Positions 25,940 through 40,900 of a DNA stretch of 64,000 bases are shown piece by piece. Origin of the DNA: Eledone cirrhosa (Eukaryota); contig OZ024742.1 of assembly GCA_964016885.1 (NCBI GenBank), forward strand, positions 6,510,001 to 6,574,000, in the 5' to 3' direction. How positions within the stretch are numbered: the first letter of the stretch is position 1; the number at the start of each line of letters is the position of its first letter. The notes under the pieces were generated by a model. The model was given only the letters and a program-made list of their open reading frames with translations. It was not told the origin of the DNA and ran no database searches. A program made the position numbers and the translations under genes.

Positions 25940-28900
25940 GCAGTTTAGTGATATATAACATAGTCCCTTACCCTAGTAGTTAGAGGGTTAACCAGAGCAG
26001 TTTAGTGATCAATGACACATTTCCTTACCCTAGTAGTTAGAGGGTTAACCAGAGCAGTTTAGTGATGTATAACATAGTTCCTTACCCTAGTAATTAGAGG
26101 ATTAACCAGAGCAGTTTAGTGATCTATAACATGGTTTCTTACACTAGTAGGTAGAGGGTTAACCAGAACTGTTTAGTGATCTATAACATAGTTTCTTACC
26201 CTAGTAGTTAGAGGGTTAACCAGAGCAGTTTAGTGATCTATAACATGGTTTCGTACCCTAGTATTTCGAGGGTTAACCAGAGCAGTTTAGTGATCAATAA
26301 CATAGTTTGTTAGACTAGTAGCTAGAGGGTTAACCAGAGCAGTTTAGTGATGTATAACTTGGTTTCTTTGCCTAGTAGTTATAGGGTAACCAGAGCAGTT
26401 TAGTGATCTATAACATAGTTTCTTACCCAAGTAGTTAGAGGGTTAACCAGAGCAGTTTAGTGATATATAACATAGTTCCTTACCCTAGTAGTTAGAGGGT
26501 TAACCAGAGCAGTTTAGTGATCTATAACATAGTTCCTTAACCTAGTAGTTAAAGGGTTAACTAGAGCAGTTTAGTGATCTATAACATAGTTCCTTAACCT
26601 AGTAGTTAGAGGGTTAACCAGAGAAGTTTAGTGATGTATAACATAGTTCCTTACCCTAGTAATTAGAGGGTTAACCAGAGCAGTTTAGTGATATATAACA
26701 TAGTCCCTTACCCTAGTAGTTACAGGGTTACCCCGTGCAGTTTAGTGATATATAATATAGTTCCTTACCCTAGTAGTTAGAGGGTTAAGCAGAGCAGTTT
26801 AGTGATTTATAACATAGTTTCATACCCTAGTAGTTAGAGGGTTAAGCAGAGCAGTTTATTGATATATAACATAGTTCCTTACCCTAGTAGTTAGAGGGTT
26901 AAGCAGAGCAGTTTAGTGATATATAAATAGTTCCTTACCCTAGTAGTTAGAGGGTTAACCAGTACAGTTTAGTGATCTATAACATAGTTTCTTAGACTAG
27001 TAGTTAGAGGGTTAACAAGAGCAGTTTAGTCATATATAACATAGTTCCTTACCCTAGTAGTTAGAGGGTTAACCAGAGGAGTTTAGTGATATATAAGATA
27101 GTTCCTTACCCTAGTAGTTAGAGGGTTAACCAGAGCAGTTTAGTGATATATAACATAGTCCCTTACCCTAGTAGTTAGAGGGTTAACCAGAGCAGTTTAG
27201 TGATATATAAGATAGTTCCTTACCCTAGTAGTTAGAGGGTTAACCAGAGCAGTTTAGTGATCAATGACACAGTTCCTTACCCTAGTAGTTAGAGGTTTAA
27301 CCAGAGCAGTTTAGTGATCTATAACATAGTTTGTTAGACTAGTAGCTAGAGGGTTAACCAGAGCAGTTTAGTGATCTATAACATGGTTTCTTACCCTAGT
27401 ATTTCGAGGGTTAACCAGAGCAGTTTAGTGATATATAACATAGTTTCTTACCCTAGTAGTTAGAGGGTTAACCAGAGCAGTTTAGTGATATATAACATAG
27501 TCCCTTACCCTAGTAGTTAGAGGCTTAACCAGAGCAATTTAGTGATCTATAACATAGTTTCTTACCCTAGTAGTTAATGGGTTAACCAGAGCAGTTTAGT
27601 GATATATAACATAGTCCCTTACCCTAGTACTTCGCGGGTTAACCAGAGCAGTTTAGTGATGTATAACATAGTTTGTTAGACTAGTAGCTAGAGGGTTAAT
27701 CAGAGCAGCTTAGTGATCTATAACATAGTTTCTTAGCCTAGTAGTTAGAGGGTTAACCAGAGCAGTTTAGTGATCTATAACATAGTTTCTTAGCCTAGTA
27801 GTTAGAGGGTTAACCAGAGCAGTTTAGTGATCTATAACTTAGTTGTTACCCTAGTAGCTAGAGCGTTAACCAGAGCAGTTTAGTGATCTATAACATAGTT
27901 TCTTACCCTAGTAGATAGAAGGTTAACCAGAGCAGATTAGTGATCTATAACATAGTTTGTTAGACTAGTATCTAGAGGGTTAACCAGAGCAGTTTAGTGA
28001 TGTATAACTTGGTTTCTTTGCCTAGTAGTTATAGGGTTAACCAGAGCAGTTTAGTGATCTATAACATAGTTTCTTACCCAAGTAGTTAGAGGGTTAACCA
28101 GAGCAGTTTAGTGATATATAACATAGTTCCTTACCCTAGTAGTTAGAGGGTTAACCAGAGCAGTTTAGTGATCTATAACATAGTTCCTTAACCTAGTAGT
28201 TAGAGGGTTAACTAGAGCAGTTTAGTGATCTATAACATAGTTCCTTAACCTAGTAGTTAGAGGGTTAACCAGAGAAGTTTAGTGATGTATAACATAGTTC
28301 CTTACCCTAGTAATTAGAGGGTTAACCAGAGCAGTTTAGTGATCTATAACATGGTTTCTTACCCTAGTAGGTAGAGGGTTAACCAGAACTGTTTAGTGAT
28401 CTATAACATAGTTCCTTACCCTAGTAGTTACAGGGTTACCCCGTGCAGTTTAGTGATATATAATATAGTTCCTTACCCTAGTAGTTAGAGGGTTAAGCAG
28501 AGCAGTTTAGTGATCTATAACATAGTTTCATACCCTAGTAGTTAGAGGGTTAAGCAGAGCAGTTTAGTGATATATAACATAGTTCCATACCCTAGTAGTT
28601 AGAGGGTTAAGCAGAGCAGTTTAGTGATATATAACATAGTTCCTTACCCTAGTAGTTAGAGGGTTAACCAGTACAGTTTAGTGATCTATAACATAGTTTC
28701 TTAGACTATTAGTTAGAGGGTTAACAAGAGCAGTTTAGTCATATATAACATAGTTCCTTACCCTAGTAGTTAGAGGGTTAACCAGAGGAGTTTAGTGATA
28801 TATAAGATAGTTCCTTACCCTAGTAGTTAGAGGGTTAACCAGAGCAGTTTAGTGATATATAACATAGTCCCTTACCCTAGTAGTTAGAGGGTTAACCAGA

Positions 28901-31900
28901 GCAGTTTAGTGATCTATAACATAGTTCCTTACCCTAGTAGTTAGAGGGTTAACCAGAGCAGTTTAGTGATCAATGACACAGTTCCTTACCCTAGTAGTTA
29001 GAGGTTTAACCAGAGCAGTTTAGTGATCTATAACATAGTTTGTTAGACTAGTATCTAGAGGGTTAACCAGAGCAGTTTTGTGATCTATAACATAGTCTCT
29101 TACCCTAGTAGTTAGAGGGTTAACCAGAGCAGTTTAGTGATCTATAACATAGTTTCTTACCCTAGTAGTTAGAGGGTTAACCAGAGCAGTTTAGTGATAT
29201 ATAACATAGTTTCTTAGACTAGTAGTTAGAGGGTTAACAAGAGCAGTTTAGTCATATATAACATAGTTCCTTACCCTAGTAGTTAGAGGGTTAACCAGAG
29301 GAGTTTAGTGATATATAAGATAGTTCCTTACCCTAGTAGTTAGAGGGTTAACCAGAGCAGTTTAGTGATATATAACATAGTCCCTTACACTAGTAGTTAG
29401 AGGGTTAACCAGAGCAGTTTAGTGATATATAAGATAGTTCCTTACCCTAGTAGTTAGAGGGTTAACCAGAGCAGTTTAGTGATCAATGACACAGTTCCTT
29501 ACCCTAGTAGTTAGAGGTTTAACCAGAGCAGTTTAGTGATCTATAACATAGTTTGTTAGACTAGTAGCTAGAGGGTTAACCAGAGCAGTTTAGTGATCTA
29601 TAACATAGTCTCTTACCCTAGTAGATAGAGGGTTAACCAGAGCAGTTTAGTGATCTATAACATGGTTTCTTACCCTAGTATTTCGAGGGTTAACCAGAGC
29701 AGTTTAGTGATATATAACATAGTTTCTTACCCTAGTAGTTAGAGGGTTAACCAGAGCAGTTTAGTGATATATAACATAGTCCCTTACCCTAGTAGTTAGA
29801 GGCTTAACCAGAGCAATTTAGTGATCTATAACATAGTTTCTTACCCTAGTAGTTAATGGGTTAACCAGAGCAGTTTAGTGATATATAACATAGTCACTTA
29901 CCCTAGTACTTAGCGGGTAACCAGAGCAGTTTAGTGATGTATAACATAGTTTGTTAGACTAGTAGCTAGAGGGTTAATCAGAGCAGCTTAGTGATCTATA
30001 ACATAGTTTCTTAGCCTAGTAGTTAGAGGGTTAACCAGAGCAGTTTAGTGATCTATAACTTAGTTGTTACCCTAGTAGCTAGAGCGTTAACCAGAGCAGG
30101 TTAGTGATATATAACATAGTCCCTTACCCTAGTACTTAGCGGGTTAACCAGAGCAGTTTAGTGATGTATAACATAGTTTGTTAGACTAGTAGCTAGAGGG
30201 TTAATCAGAGCAGCTTAGTGATCTATAACATAGTTTCTTACCCTAGTAGATAGAGGGTTAACCAGAGCAGATTAGTGATCTATAACATAGTTTGTTAGAC
30301 TAGTAGCTAGAGGGTTAACCAGAGCAGTTTAGTGATGTATAACTTGGTTTCTTTGCCTAGTAGTTATAGGGTTAACCAGAGCAGTTTAGTGATCTATAAC
30401 ATAGTTTCTTACCCAAGTAGTTAGAGGGTTAACCAGAGCAGTTTAGTGATATATAACATAGTTCCTTACCCTAGTAGTTAGAGGGTTAACCAGAGCAGTT
30501 TAGTGATCTATAACATAGTTCCTTAACCTAGTAGTTAGAGGGTTAACTAGAGCAGTTTAGTGATCTATAACATAGTTCCTTAACCTAGTAGTTAGAGGGT
30601 TAACCAGAGAAGTTTAGTGATGTATAACATAGTTCCTTACCCTAGTAATTAGAGGGTTAACCAGAGCAGTTTAGTGATCTATAACATGGTTTCTTACCCT
30701 AGTAGGTAGAGGGTTAACCAGAACTGTTTAGTGATCTATAACATAGTTCCTTACCCTAGTAGTTACAGGGTTACCCCGTGCAGTTTAGTGATATATAATA
30801 TAGTTCCTTACCCTAGTAGTTAGAGGGTTAAGCAGAGCAGTTTAGTGATATATAACATAGTTTCATACCCTAGTAGTTAGAGGGTTAAGCAGAGCAGTTT
30901 AGTGATATATAACATAGTTCCATACCCTAGTAGTTAGAGGGTTAAGCAGAGCAGTTTAGTGATATATAACATAGTTCCTTACCCTAGTAGTTAGAGGGTT
31001 AACCAGTACAGTTTAGTGATCTATAACATAGTTTCTTAGACTAGTAGTTAGAGGGTTAACAAGAGCAGTTTAGTCATATATAACATAGTTCCTTACCCTA
31101 GTAGTTAGAGGGTTAACCAGAGGAGTTTAGTGATATATAAGATAGTTCCTTACCCTAGTAGTTAGAGGGTTAACCAGAGCAGTTTAGTGATATATAACAT
31201 AGTCCCTTACCCTAATAGTTAGAGGGTTAACCAGAGCAGTTTAGTGATCTATAACATAGTTCCTTACCCTAGTAGTTAGAGGGTTAACCAGAGCAGTTTA
31301 GTGATCAATGACACAGTTCCTTACCCTAGTAGTTAGAGGTTTAACCAGAGCAGTTTAGTGATCTATAACATAGTTTGTTAGACTAGTATCTAGAGGGTTA
31401 ACCAGAGCAGTTTTGTGATCTATAACATAGTCTCTTACCCTAGTAGTTAGAGGGTTAACCAGAGCAGTTTAGTGATCTATAACATAGTTTCTTACCCTAG
31501 TAGTTAGAGGGTTAACCAGAGCAGTTTAGTGATATATAACATAGTTTCTTACCCTAGTAGTTAGAGGGTTAACCAGAGCAGTTTAGTGATCTATAACATA
31601 GTTTGTTAGTCTAGTAGCTAGAGGGTTAAGCAGAGCAGTTTAGTGATCTATAACATAGTCTCTTACCCTAGTAGTTAGAGGGTTAACCAGAGCAGTTTAG
31701 TGATCTATAACATGGTTTCTTACCCTAGTATTTCGAGGGTTAACCAGAGCAGTTTAGTGATCTATAACAGAGTTTGTTAGACTAGTAGCTAGAGGGTTAA
31801 CCAGAGCAGTTTAGTGATCTATAACATAGTCTCTTACCCTAGTAGATAGAGGGTTAACCAGAGCAGTTTAGTGATATATAACATAGTCCCTTACCCTAGT

Positions 31901-34900
31901 AGTTAGAGGGTTCACCAGAGCAGTTTAGTGATCTATAACATGGTTTCTTACCCTAGTATTTCGAGGGTTAACCAGAGCAGTTTAGTGATCTATAACATAG
32001 TTTCTTACCCTAGTTGTTAGAGGGTTAACCAGAGCAGTTTAGTGATATATAACATAGTCCCTTACCCTAGTAGTTAGAGGGTCAACCAGAGCAGTTTAGT
32101 GATCTATAACATAGTTTCTTACCCTAGTAGTTAGAGGGTTAACCAGAGCAGTTTAGTGATATATAACATAGTTTGTTAGACTAGTAGTTAGAGGGTTAAC
32201 CAGAGCAGTTTAGTGATCTATAACATAGTTTCTTACCCTAGTAGTTAGAGCGTTAACCAGAGCAGTTTAGTGATCTATAACATAGTTTGTTAGACTAGTA
32301 GCTAGAGGGTTAAGCAGAGCAGTTTAGTGATCTATAACATAGTCTCTTACCCTAGTAGTTAGAGGGTTAACCAGAGCAGTTTAGTGATCTATAACCTGGT
32401 TTCCTACCCTAGTATTTCGAGGGTTAACCAGAGCAGTTTAGTGATCTATAAAGTAGTTTCTTACCCTAGAAGTTAGAGGGTTAACCAGAGCAGTTTAGTG
32501 ATATATAACATAGTTCGTTACCCTAGTAGTTAGAGGGTTAACCAGATCAGTTTAGTGATCTATAACATAGTTTCTTACCCTAGTAGTTAGAGGGTTAACC
32601 AGAGCAGTTTAGTGATATATAACATAGTCCCTTACCCTAGTAGTTAGAGGGTTAACCAGAGCAGTTTAGTGATCTATAACATAGTTTGTTAGACTAGTAG
32701 CTATAGGGTTAACCAGAGCAGCTTAGTGATCTATAACATAGTTTCTTAGCCTAGTATTTAGAGGGTTAACCAGAGCAGTTTATTGATCTATAACATAGTT
32801 TCTTACCCTAGTATTTCGAGGGTTAACCAGAGCAGTTTAGTGATCTATAACATAGTTTCTTACCCTAGTAGTTAGAGGGTTAACCAGAGCAGTTTAGTGA
32901 TATATAACATAGTTTCTTACCCTAGTAGTTAGAGGGTTAACCAGAGCAGTTTAGTGATCTATAACATAGTTTGTTAGACTAGTAGCTAGAGGGTTAAGCA
33001 GAGCAGTTTAGTGATCTATAACATAGTCTCTTACCCTAGTAGTTAGAGGGTTAACCAGAGCAGTTTAGTGATCTATAACATGGTTTCTTACCCTAGTATT
33101 TCGAGGGTTAACCAGAGCAGTTTAGTGATCTATAACATAGTCTGTTAGACTAGTAGCTAGAGGGTTAACCAGAGCAGTTTAGTGATCTATAACATAGTCT
33201 CTTACCCTAGTAGATAGAGGGTTAACCAGAGCAGTTTAGTGATATATAACATAGTCCCTTACCCTAGTAGTTATTGGGTTAACCAGAGCAGTTTAGTGAT
33301 CTATAACATAGTTTCTTACCCTAGTAGTTAGAGGGTTAACCAGAGCAGTTTAGTGATATATAACATAGTCCCTTACCCTAGTAGTTAGAGGGTTCACCAG
33401 AGCAGTTTAGTGATCTATAACATGGTTTCTTACCCTAGTATTTCGAGGGTTAACCAGAGCAGTTTAGTGATCTATAACATAGTTTCTTACCCTAGTTGTT
33501 AGAGGGTTAACCAGAGCAGTTTAGTGATATATAACATAGTCCCTTACCCTAGTAGTTAGAGGGTCAACCAGAGCAGTTTAGTGATCTATAACATAGTTTC
33601 TTACCCTAGTAGTTAGAGGGTTAACCAGAGCAGTTTAGTGATATATAACATAGTTTGTTAGACTAGTAGTTAGAGGGTTAACCAGAGCAGTTTAGTGATC
33701 TATAACATAGTTTCTTACCCTAGTAGTTAGAGGGTTAACCAGAGCAGTTTAGTGATCTATAACATAGTTTGTTAGACTAGTAGCTAGAGGGTTAAGCAGA
33801 GCAGTTTAGTGATCTATAACATAGTTTCTTACCCTAGTAGTTAGAGGGTTAACCAGAGCAGTTTAGTGATATATAACATAGTTCGTTACCCTAGTAGTTA
33901 GAGGGTTAACCAGAGCAGTTTAGTGATCTATAACATAGTTTCTTACCCTAGTAGTTAGAGGGTTAACCAGAGCAGTTTAGTGATATATAACATAGTCCCT
34001 TACCCTAGTAGTTAGAGGGTTAACCAGAGCAGTTTAGTGATCTATAACATAGTTTGTTAGACTAGTAGCTAGAGGGTTAACCAGAGCAGTTTAGTGATCT
34101 ATAACATAGTTTCTTAGCCTAGTAGTTAGAGGGTTAACCAGAGCAGTTTATTGATCTATAACATAGTTTCTTACCCTAGTATTTCGAGGGTTAACCAGAG
34201 CAGTTTAGTGATCTATAACATAGTTTCTTACCCTAGTAGTTAGAGGGTTAACCAGAGCAGATTAGTGATCTATAACATAGTTTCTTACCCTAGTAGTTAG
34301 AGGGTTAACCAGAGCAGTTTAGTGATATATAACATAGTTTCTTACCGTAGTAGTTAGAGGGTTAACCAGAGCAGTTTAGTGATTTATAACATAGTTTGTT
34401 AGACTAGTAGCTAGAGGGTTAAGCAGAGCAGTTTAGTGATCTATAACATAGTCTCTTACCCTAGTAGTTAGAGGGTTAACCAGAGCAGTTTAGTGATCTA
34501 TGACATGGTTTCTTACCCTAGTATTTCGAGGGTTAACCAGCGCAGTTTAGTGATATATAACATAGTCCCTTACCCTAGTAGTTAGAGGGTTAACCAGAGC
34601 AGTTTAGTGATCAATGACACATTTCCTTACCCTAGTAGTTAGAGGGTTAACCAGAGCAGTTTAGTGATGTATAACATAGTTCCTTACCCTAGTAATTAGA
34701 GGATTAACCAGAGCAGTTTAGTGATCTATAACATGGTTTCTTACCCTAGTAGGTAGAGGGTTAACCAGAACTGTTTAGTGATCTATAACATAGTTTCTTA
34801 CCCTAGTAGTTAGAGGGTTAACCAGAGCAGTTTAGTGATCTATAACATGGTTTCGTACCCTAGTATTTCGAGGGTTAACCAGAGCAGTTTAGTGATCAAT

Positions 34901-37900
34901 AACATAGTTTGTTAGACTAGTAGCTAGAGGGTTAACCAGAGCAGTTTAGTGATGTATAACTTGGTTTCTTTGCCTAGTAGTTATAGGGTAACCAGAGCAG
35001 TTTAGTGATCTATAACATAGTTTCTTACCCAAGTAGTTAGAGGGTTAACCAGAGCAGTTTAGTGATATATAACATAGTTCCTTACCCTAGTAGTTAGAGG
35101 GTTAACCAGAGCAGTTTAGTGATCTATAACATAGTTCCTTAACCTAGTAGTTAGAGGGTTAACTAGAGCAGTTTAGTGATCTATAACATAGTTCCTTAAC
35201 CTAGTAGTTAGAGGGTTAACCAGAGAAGTTTAGTGATGTATAACATAGTTCCTTACCCTAGTAATTAGAGGGTTAACCAGAGCAGTTTAGTGATATATAA
35301 CATAGTCCCTTACCCTAGTAGTTACAGGGTTACCCCGTGCAGTTTAGTGATATATAATATAGTTCCTTACCCTAGTAGTTAGAGGGTTAACCAGAGCAGT
35401 TTAGTGATATATAACATAGTTTGTTAGACTAGTAGTTAGAGGGTTAACCAGAGCAGTTTAGTGATCTATAACATGGTTTCTTACCCTAGTATTTCGAGGG
35501 TTAACCAGAGCAGTTTAGTGATCTATAACATAGTTTCTTACCCTAGTTGTTAGAGGGTTAACCAGAGCAGTTTAGTGATATATAACATAGTCCCTTACCC
35601 TAGTAGTTAGAGGGTCAACCAGAGCAGTTTAGTGATCTATAACATAGTTTCTTACCCTAGTAGTTAGAGGGTTAACCAGAGCAGTTTAGTGATATATAAC
35701 ATAGTTTGTTAGACTAGTAGTTAGAGGGTTAACCAGAGCAGTTTAGTGATCTATAACATAGTTTCTTACCCTAGTAGTTAGAGCGTTAACCAGAGCAGTT
35801 TAGTGATCTATAACATAGTTTGTTAGACTAGTAGCTAGAGGGTTAAGCAGAGCAGTTTAGTGATCTATAACATAGTCTCTTACCCTAGTAGTTAGAGGGT
35901 TAACCAGAGCAGTTTAGTGATCTATAACCTGGTTTCCTACCCTAGTATTTCGAGGGTTAACCAGAGCAGTTTAGTGATCTATAAAGTAGTTTCTTACCCT
36001 AGAAGTTAGAGGGTTAACCAGAGCAGTTTAGTGATATATAACATAGTTCGTTACCCTAGTAGTTAGAGGGTTAACCAGATCAGTTTAGTGATCTATAACA
36101 TAGTTTCTTACCCTAGTAGTTAGAGGGTTAACCAGAGCAGTTTAGTGATATATAACATAGTCCCTTACCCTAGTAGTTAGAGGGTTAACCAGAGCAGTTT
36201 AGTGATCTATAACATAGTTTGTTAGACTAGTAGCTATAGGGTTAACCAGAGCAGCTTAGTGATCTATAACATAGTTTCTTAGCCTAGTATTTAGAGGGTT
36301 AACCAGAGCAGTTTATTGATCTATAACATAGTTTCTTACCCTAGTATTTCGAGGGTTAACCAGAGCAGTTTAGTGATCTATAACATAGTTTCTTACCCTA
36401 GTAGTTAGAGGGTTAACCAGAGCAGTTTAGTGATATATAACATAGTTTCTTACCCTAGTAGTTAGAGGGTTAACCAGAGCAGTTTAGTGATCTATAACAT
36501 AGTTTGTTAGACTGGTAGCTAGAGGGTTAAGCAGAGCAGTTTAGTGATCTATAACATAGTCTCTTACCCTAGTAGTTAGAGGGTTAACCAGAGCAGTTTA
36601 GTGATCTATAACATGGTTTCTTACCCTAGTATTTCGAGGGTTAACCAGAGCAGTTTAGTGATCTATAACATAGTCTGTTAGACTAGTAGCTAGAGGGTTA
36701 ACCAGAGCAGTTTAGTGATCTATAACATAGTCTCTTACCCTAGTAGATAGAGGGTTAACCAGAGCAGTTTAGTGATATATAACATAGTCCCTTACCCTAG
36801 TAGTTATTGGGTTAACCAGAGCAGTTTAGTGATCTATAACATAGTTTCTTACCCTAGTAGTTAGAGGGTTAACCAGAGCAGTTTAGTGATATATAACATA
36901 GTCCCTTACCCTAGTAGTTAGAGGGTTCACCAGAGCAGTTTAGTGATCTATAACATGGTTTCTTACCCTAGTATTTCGAGGGTTAACCAGAGCAGTTTAG
37001 TGATCTATAACATAGTTTCTTACCCTAGTTGTTAGAGGGTTAACCAGAGCAGTTTAGTGATATATAACATAGTCCCTTACCCTAGTAGTTAGAGGGTCAA
37101 CCAGAGCAGTTTAGTGATCTATAACATAGTTTCTTACCCTAGTAGTTAGAGGGTTAACCAGAGCAGTTTAGTGATATATAACATAGTTTGTTAGACTAGT
37201 AGTTAGAGGGTTAACCAGAGCAGTTTAGTGATCTATAACATAGTTTCTTACCCTAGTAGTTAGAGGGTTAACCAGAGCAGTTTAGTGATCTATAACATAG
37301 TTTGTTAGACTAGTAGCTAGAGGGTTAAGCAGAGCAGTTTAGTGATCTATAACATAGTTTCTTACCCTAGTAGTTAGAGGGTTAACCAGAGCAGTTTAGT
37401 GATATATAACATAGTTCGTTACCCTAGTAGTTAGAGGGTTAACCAGAGCAGTTTAGTGATCTATAACATAGTTTCTTACCCTAGTAGTTAGAGGGTTAAC
37501 CAGAGCAGTTTAGTGATATATAACATAGTCCCTTACCCTAGTAGTTAGAGGGTTAACCAGAGCAGTTTAGTGATCTATAACATAGTTTGTTAGACTAGTA
37601 GCTAGAGGGTTAACCAGAGCAGTTTAGTGATCTATAACATAGTTTCTTAGCCTAGTAGTTAGAGGGTTAACCAGAGCAGTTTATTGATCTATAACATAGT
37701 TTCTTACCCTAGTATTTCGAGGGTTAACCAGAGCAGTTTAGTGATCTATAACATAGTTTCTTACCCTAGTAGTTAGAGGGTTAACCAGAGCAGTTTAGTG
37801 ATCTATAACATAGTTTCTTACCCTAGTAGTTAGAGGGTTAACCAGAGCAGTTTAGTGATATATAACATAGTTTCTTACCGTAGTAGTTAGAGGGTTAACC

Positions 37901-40900
37901 AGAGCAGTTTAGTGATTTATAACATAGTTTGTTAGACTAGTAGCTAGAGGGTTAAGCAGAGCAGTTTAGTGATCTATAACATAGTCTCTTACCCTAGTAG
38001 TTAGAGGGTTAACCAGAGCAGTTTAGTGATCTATGACATGGTTTCTTACCCTAGTATTTCGAGGGTTAACCAGCGCAGTTTAGTGATATATAACATAGTC
38101 CCTTACCCTAGTAGTTAGAGGGTTAACCAGAGCAGTTTAGTGATCAATGACACATTTCCTTACCCTAGTAGTTAGAGGGTTAACCAGAGCAGTTTAGTGA
38201 TGTATAACATAGTTCCTTACCCTAGTAATTAGAGGATTAACCAGAGCAGTTTAGTGATCTATAACATGGTTTCTTACCCTAGTAGGTAGAGGGTTAACCA
38301 GAACTGTTTAGTGATCTATAACATAGTTTCTTACCCTAGTAGTTAGAGGGTTAACCAGAGCAGTTTAGTGATCTATAACATGGTTTCGTACCCTAGTATT
38401 TCGAGGGTTAACCAGAGCAGTTTAGTGATCAATAACATAGTTTGTTAGACTAGTAGCTAGAGGGTTAACCAGAGCAGTTTAGTGATGTATAACTTGGTTT
38501 CTTTGCCTAGTAGTTATAGGGTAACCAGAGCAGTTTAGTGATCTATAACATAGTTTCTTACCCAAGTAGTTAGAGGGTTAACCAGAGCAGTTTAGTGATA
38601 TATAACATAGTTCCTTACCCTAGTAGTTAGAGGGTTAACCAGAGCAGTTTAGTGATCTATAACATAGTTCCTTAACCTAGTAGTTAGAGGGTTAACTAGA
38701 GCAGTTTAGTGATCTATAACATAGTTCCTTAACCTAGTAGTTAGAGGGTTAACCAGAGAAGTTTAGTGATGTATAACATAGTTCCTTACCCTAGTAATTA
38801 GAGGGTTAACCAGAGCAGTTTAGTGATATATAACATAGTCCCTTACCCTAGTAGTTACAGGGTTACCCCGTGCAGTTTAGTGATATATAATATAGTTCCT
38901 TACCCTAGTAGTTAGAGGGTTAAGCAGAGCAGTTTAGTGATTTATAACATAGTTTCATACCCTAGTAGTTAGAGGGTTAAGCAGAGCAGTTTAGTGATAT
39001 ATAACATAGTTCCTTACCCTAGTAGTTAGAGGGTTAAGCAGAGCAGTTTAGTGATATATAAATAGTTCCTTACCCTAGTAGTTAGAGGGTTAAGCAGTAC
39101 AGTTTAGTGATCTATAACATAGTTTCTTAGACTAGTAGTTAGAGGGTTAACAAGAGCAGTTTAGTCATATATAACATAGTTCCTTACCCTAGTAGTTAGA
39201 GGGTTAACCAGAGCAGTTTAGTGATATATAACATAGTCCCTTACCCTAGTAGTTAGAGGGTTAACCAGAGCAGTTTAGTGATATATAAGATAGTTCCTTA
39301 CCCTAGTAGTTAGAGGGTTAACCAGAGCAGTTTAGTGATCAATGACACAGTTCCTTACCCTAGTAGTTAGAGGTTTAACCAGAGCAGTTTAGTGATCTAT
39401 AACATAGTTTGTTAGACTAGTAGCAAGAGGGTTAACCAGAGCAGTTTAGTGATCTATAACATGGTTTCTTACCCTAGTATTTCGAGGGTTAACCAGAGCA
39501 GTTTAGTGATATATAACATAGTTTCTTACCCTAGTAGTTAGAGGGTTAACCAGAGCAGTTTAGTGATATATAACATAGTCCCTTACCCTAGTAGTTAGAG
39601 GCTTAACCAGAGCAATTTAGTGATCTATAACATAGTTTCTTACCCTAGTAGTTAATGGGTTAACCAGAGCAGTTTAGTGATATATAACATAGTCCCTTAC
39701 CCTAGTACTTAGCGGGTTAACCAGAGCAGTTTAGTGATGTATAACATAGTTTGTTAGACTAGTAGCTAGAGGGTTAATCAGAGCAGCTTAGTGATCTATA
39801 ACATAGTTTCTTAGCCTAGTAGTTAGAGGGTTAACCAGAGCAGTTTAGTGATCTATAACATAGTTTCTTAGCCTAGTAGTTAGAGGGTTAACCAGAGCAG
39901 TTTAGTGATCTATAACTTAGTTGTTACCCTAGTAGCTAGAGCGTTAACCAGAGCAGTTTAGTGATCTATAACATAGTTTCTTACCCTAGTAGATAGAGGG
40001 TTAACCAGAGCAGATTAGTGATCTATAACATAGTTTGTTAGACTAGTATCTAGAGGGTTAACCAGAGCAGTTTAGTGATGTATAACTTGGTTTCTTTGCC
40101 TAGTAGTTATAGGGTTAACCAGAGCAGTTTAGTGATCTATAACATAGTTTCTTACCCAAGTAGTTAGAGGGTTAACCAGAGCAGTTTAGTGATATATAAC
40201 ATAGTTCCTTACCCTAGTAGTTAGAGGGTTAACCAGAGCAGTTTAGTGATCTATAACATAGTTCCTTAACCTAGTAGTTAGAGGGTTAACTAGAGCAGTT
40301 TAGTGATCTATAACATAGTTCCTTAACCTAGTAGTTAGAGGGTTAACCAGAGAAGTTTAGTGATGTATAACATAGTTCCTTACCCTAGTAATTAGAGGGT
40401 TAACCAGAGCAGTTTAGTGATCTATAACATGGTTTCTTACCCTAGTAGGTAGAGGGTTAACCAGAACTGTTTAGTGATCTATAACATAGTTCCTTACCCT
40501 AGTAGTTACAGGGTTACCCCGTGCAGTTTAGTGATATATAATATAGTTCCTTACCCTAGTAGTTAGAGGGTTAAGCAGAGCAGTTTAGTGATCTATAACA
40601 TAGTTTCATACCCTAGTAGTTAGAGGGTTAAGCAGAGCAGTTTAGTGATATATAACATAGTTCCATACCCTAGTAGTTAGAGGGTTAAGCAGAGCAGTTT
40701 AGTGATATATAACATAGTTCCTTACCCTAGTAGTTAGAGGGTTAACCAGTACAGTTTAGTGATCTATAACATAGTTTCTTAAACTAGTAGTTAGAGGGTT
40801 AACAAGAGCAGTTTAGTCATATATAACATAGTTCCTTACCCTAGTAGTTAGAGGGTTAACCAGAGGAGTTTAGTGATATATAAGATAGTTCCTTACCCTA

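Noticed and set aside
33271-33280. TTATTGGG variant (also ~36804, ~44324) matching a telomere motif reported in some parasitoid wasps
   Set aside because: It occurs as isolated single copies derived from TTAGAGGG by two substitutions and spread by block duplication, so it is coincidental.
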